Below the pieces are notes generated by a model, which worked only from the letters and a program-made list of their open reading frames with translations, was not told the origin of the DNA and did no database searches. Both the position numbers and the translations under genes were made by a program. This document shows, one piece after another, positions 61,830 to 64,000 of a DNA stretch of 64,000 bases; the stretch's first letter is position 1, and each line of letters starts with the position of its first letter. This DNA is from Hypanus sabinus (taxonomy: Eukaryota), in contig NC_082722.1 in assembly GCF_030144855.1 (NCBI RefSeq), positions 21,018,001 through 21,082,000 of the forward strand. The letters are read 5' to 3'.

Positions 61830-63530
61830 ACGTAGAATAATAGAAAACCTACAGCACAGTACAGGAACTTGGCCCACAATGATATGACGAACTAATCCTT
61901 ACCTTAGAAATTACCTAGGATTACACTTAGCCCTCGATTTTTCTGAGATCCTTACACCTGTCCAGAAGTCTGCTTAAAAAAAAATCCCTATTGTATCCCG
62001 TTTCACCACTGTCGCCGGCAGCCCATTCCATGCACACGCCACTCTCTGCGTTAAAAACCCCTGAAATCTCCTCTGTACCTTCTTCCAAGCACCTTTAAAC
62101 TGTGCCCTGTCGTGCTAGTCATTTCAGCCCTGGTAAAATGCCTCTCAATATCTACACAATCTTTGCCTCTCCTTATCTAATAAAAGTCTTTGAGGTCACC
62201 TCGCATCCTCCGTCGCTCCAAGAAGAAAAGGCCGAGTAAACTCAACCTATTCTCATAAGCATGCTCCTCAATCCAGGCAGCATCCTTGTAAATCTCCTCT
62301 GTGGTTTCCACATCCTTCTTATGGTGAGGCGACCAGAACTCAGCACAGTTGTCCTGGTGGAGTCTGACTAGGGTCCTATATAGCTGCAACATTACCTCTC
62401 GGCTTCTGAACTCAACCCCACGATTAATAATGCACAATGCACCGTATGCCTTCTCAACCACAGAGTCAAACTGCGCAGCGGCTTCGAGTGTCCTATGGAC
62501 TCGGACCCCAAGATCCCTCTGCTCCTCCACACTGCCAGGAGTCGGACCATTATTACTATATTCTGTCATCATAATTGACCTACCAAAATGAGCCTCTTCA
62601 CACTTATCTGTATTGAATCCCATTTGCCACTTGCCAGCCTAATTTTGCATCTTACTAATGTCCCGCTGTACCCCTGATAACCCTCTACACTATGCACAAT
62701 ACTTCCAGCCTTTGTCATCAGCAGAACTACTAACCCATCCCTCCACTTCTTCAGTCGGGCCAGTTACAAAAATTTCGAAGTGTGGGAGTTCCCTGAACAG
62801 AACCTTGAGGCACACTTCTGGTCATCGACCTCCATGCAGAATATGACCCATCTGCAACAACACTTTGCCTTCTGTGGGCAAGCCAATTCAGGATCCACAA
62901 AGCAATGTCCCCTTGGATCCCATTCAACCTAACTTTCTCAATAAGCCTTGCATGGGGTACCTTATCAAATGCCTTGCTGAAATCCATAAACACCAGATCT
63001 CTTGTTCTACCTTCATAAATGTGCTTAGGCACATCCGCGGAAAATTGAATCAGGGTCTTAACGTTCGACCTCCCTTTGACAAGGCCAAGCTAACTATTCC
63101 TAATCATATTACGCCTCTTCAAGTGTTCATATATCCTGCCTCTCACAATCTTCTCCATCAACTTACCAACCATTAGAACTAAGACACAATGGTTTATAAT
63201 TTGCTGGGCTATCTCTACTCCCTTACTTGAATAATGGAACTACATCAGCAACCCTCCAATCCTCCGGAACCTCTCCCGTCCCCATTGACAATGCAAAGAT
63301 CTTCGCCAGAGGCTTAGCAATCTCCTCCCTCTCCACCCAAAAAAGCTTGGGCTGCATCTCGTCCAGTCCTGGTGACTTATCCAATTTGATGCTTTCTAAA
63401 AGCTTCAGCTCATCCTTTTTCTTAATTTCTACATGCTCAAGCTTTTCAGTCTGTTGTAAGTCGTCCCGACAATCCCAAGTTCCTTTTCCGTCGTGAATAC
63501 TGAGGCAAAGTATTCGTTGAGTACCTGTTT
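61830..63530 (-). mobile_element. CR1 ORF2 (RT and C-terminus) and 3' UTR
   Basis: DKSPGLDEM..VPEDWRVADVVPLFK, DFSKAFDKVPH..VPQGSV, LYRTLVRLH..ERRRMRGDL. Confidence 0.92.
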
Positions 63531-63829
63531 TGAAGATGTGAAAAAAAATCGCAACATGTTCTCGCGATAACATCTCTGTGTCTGAATATTAATCAGTAAA
63601 TGTCGTATGATTAAAAAAAATCAGTGCTCTTCTGTTTCACATACATTCACGGCTTGCTGCGCAAAATTAGCTGTAAACTATAACTGCACTGACACTTGGT
63701 AATAACAGAAATCCCAGGGTACCCAAAAAAAACAAGATAAATATTTAGTTGGCGTTTTTCACACTGCAAAGTTGCTCTCGCTGCTGGTAACGAACCTCTG
63801 ATGTATTTTTCATCCTCTGAGGACTGTGG

Positions 63830-64000
63830 AGGGAACATTTGGGGGGGGCATTGTCGGCGGTAATGAAGATAGAGTAGGTTTACCTCATGACTAGGGACAG
63901 TTTAATGATAAAGCAGTGGAGAATATGGTTGAGCATATCAGGCATTATCCTCTTGAATGACTGGGCAGTAGAGAGAGGCGGAGTGGTTTACTCCCAATCT
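63830..64000 (+). mobile_element. CR1 EN-adjacent fragment running off the window
   Basis: GGIVGG...FNDKAVENMVEHIRHYPLEWLGSRE-like text resembling the CR1 ORF2 linker; contains a stop. Confidence 0.45.

Noticed and set aside
1-64000. CRISPR arrays, rRNA, tRNA genes, prokaryotic operons
   Set aside because: No regularly spaced repeats or RNA-gene signatures; tRNA-like bits are SINE heads or LTR primer-binding sites.

Overview
Vertebrate genomic DNA, inferred to be an elasmobranch (probably a ray) from its repeat content: CR1 LINEs, V-domain SINE, Penelope-like repeats, Rex1/Babar and RTE. Well over half of the window is transposon-derived. No rRNA, tRNA genes or CRISPR were seen, and most short ORFs in the track are TE fragments or antisense noise. 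Main features: (1) Gene A, a plus-strand Ig-superfamily receptor with five phase-compatible exons: C1-set domain, TM and three cytoplasmic exons with tyrosine motifs (26293-32436). It is SIRP/B7-H6-like in architecture; no leader or V exon in sense orientation was found. (2) Gene B, an inverted paralogue at about 52050-56840 that keeps a clean TM exon but has lost both tail tyrosines, the last-exon acceptor and the TM donor. It may use a CR1-derived stalk exon. (3) A decayed NKp30-like V-set exon lying antisense about 750 bp upstream of the C1 exon. (4) A complete but defective Gmr1-type Gypsy element (PR-IN-RT-RH order, 11775-18276) nested in a related non-autonomous LTR element (10757-22419) whose pol is replaced by an unknown ORF. 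(5) A twin-primed (5'-inverted) L1 with a 15-bp TSD. (6) Hammerhead-like cores in Penelope-like repeats. All calls are by eye; TE boundaries without TSDs are approximate.
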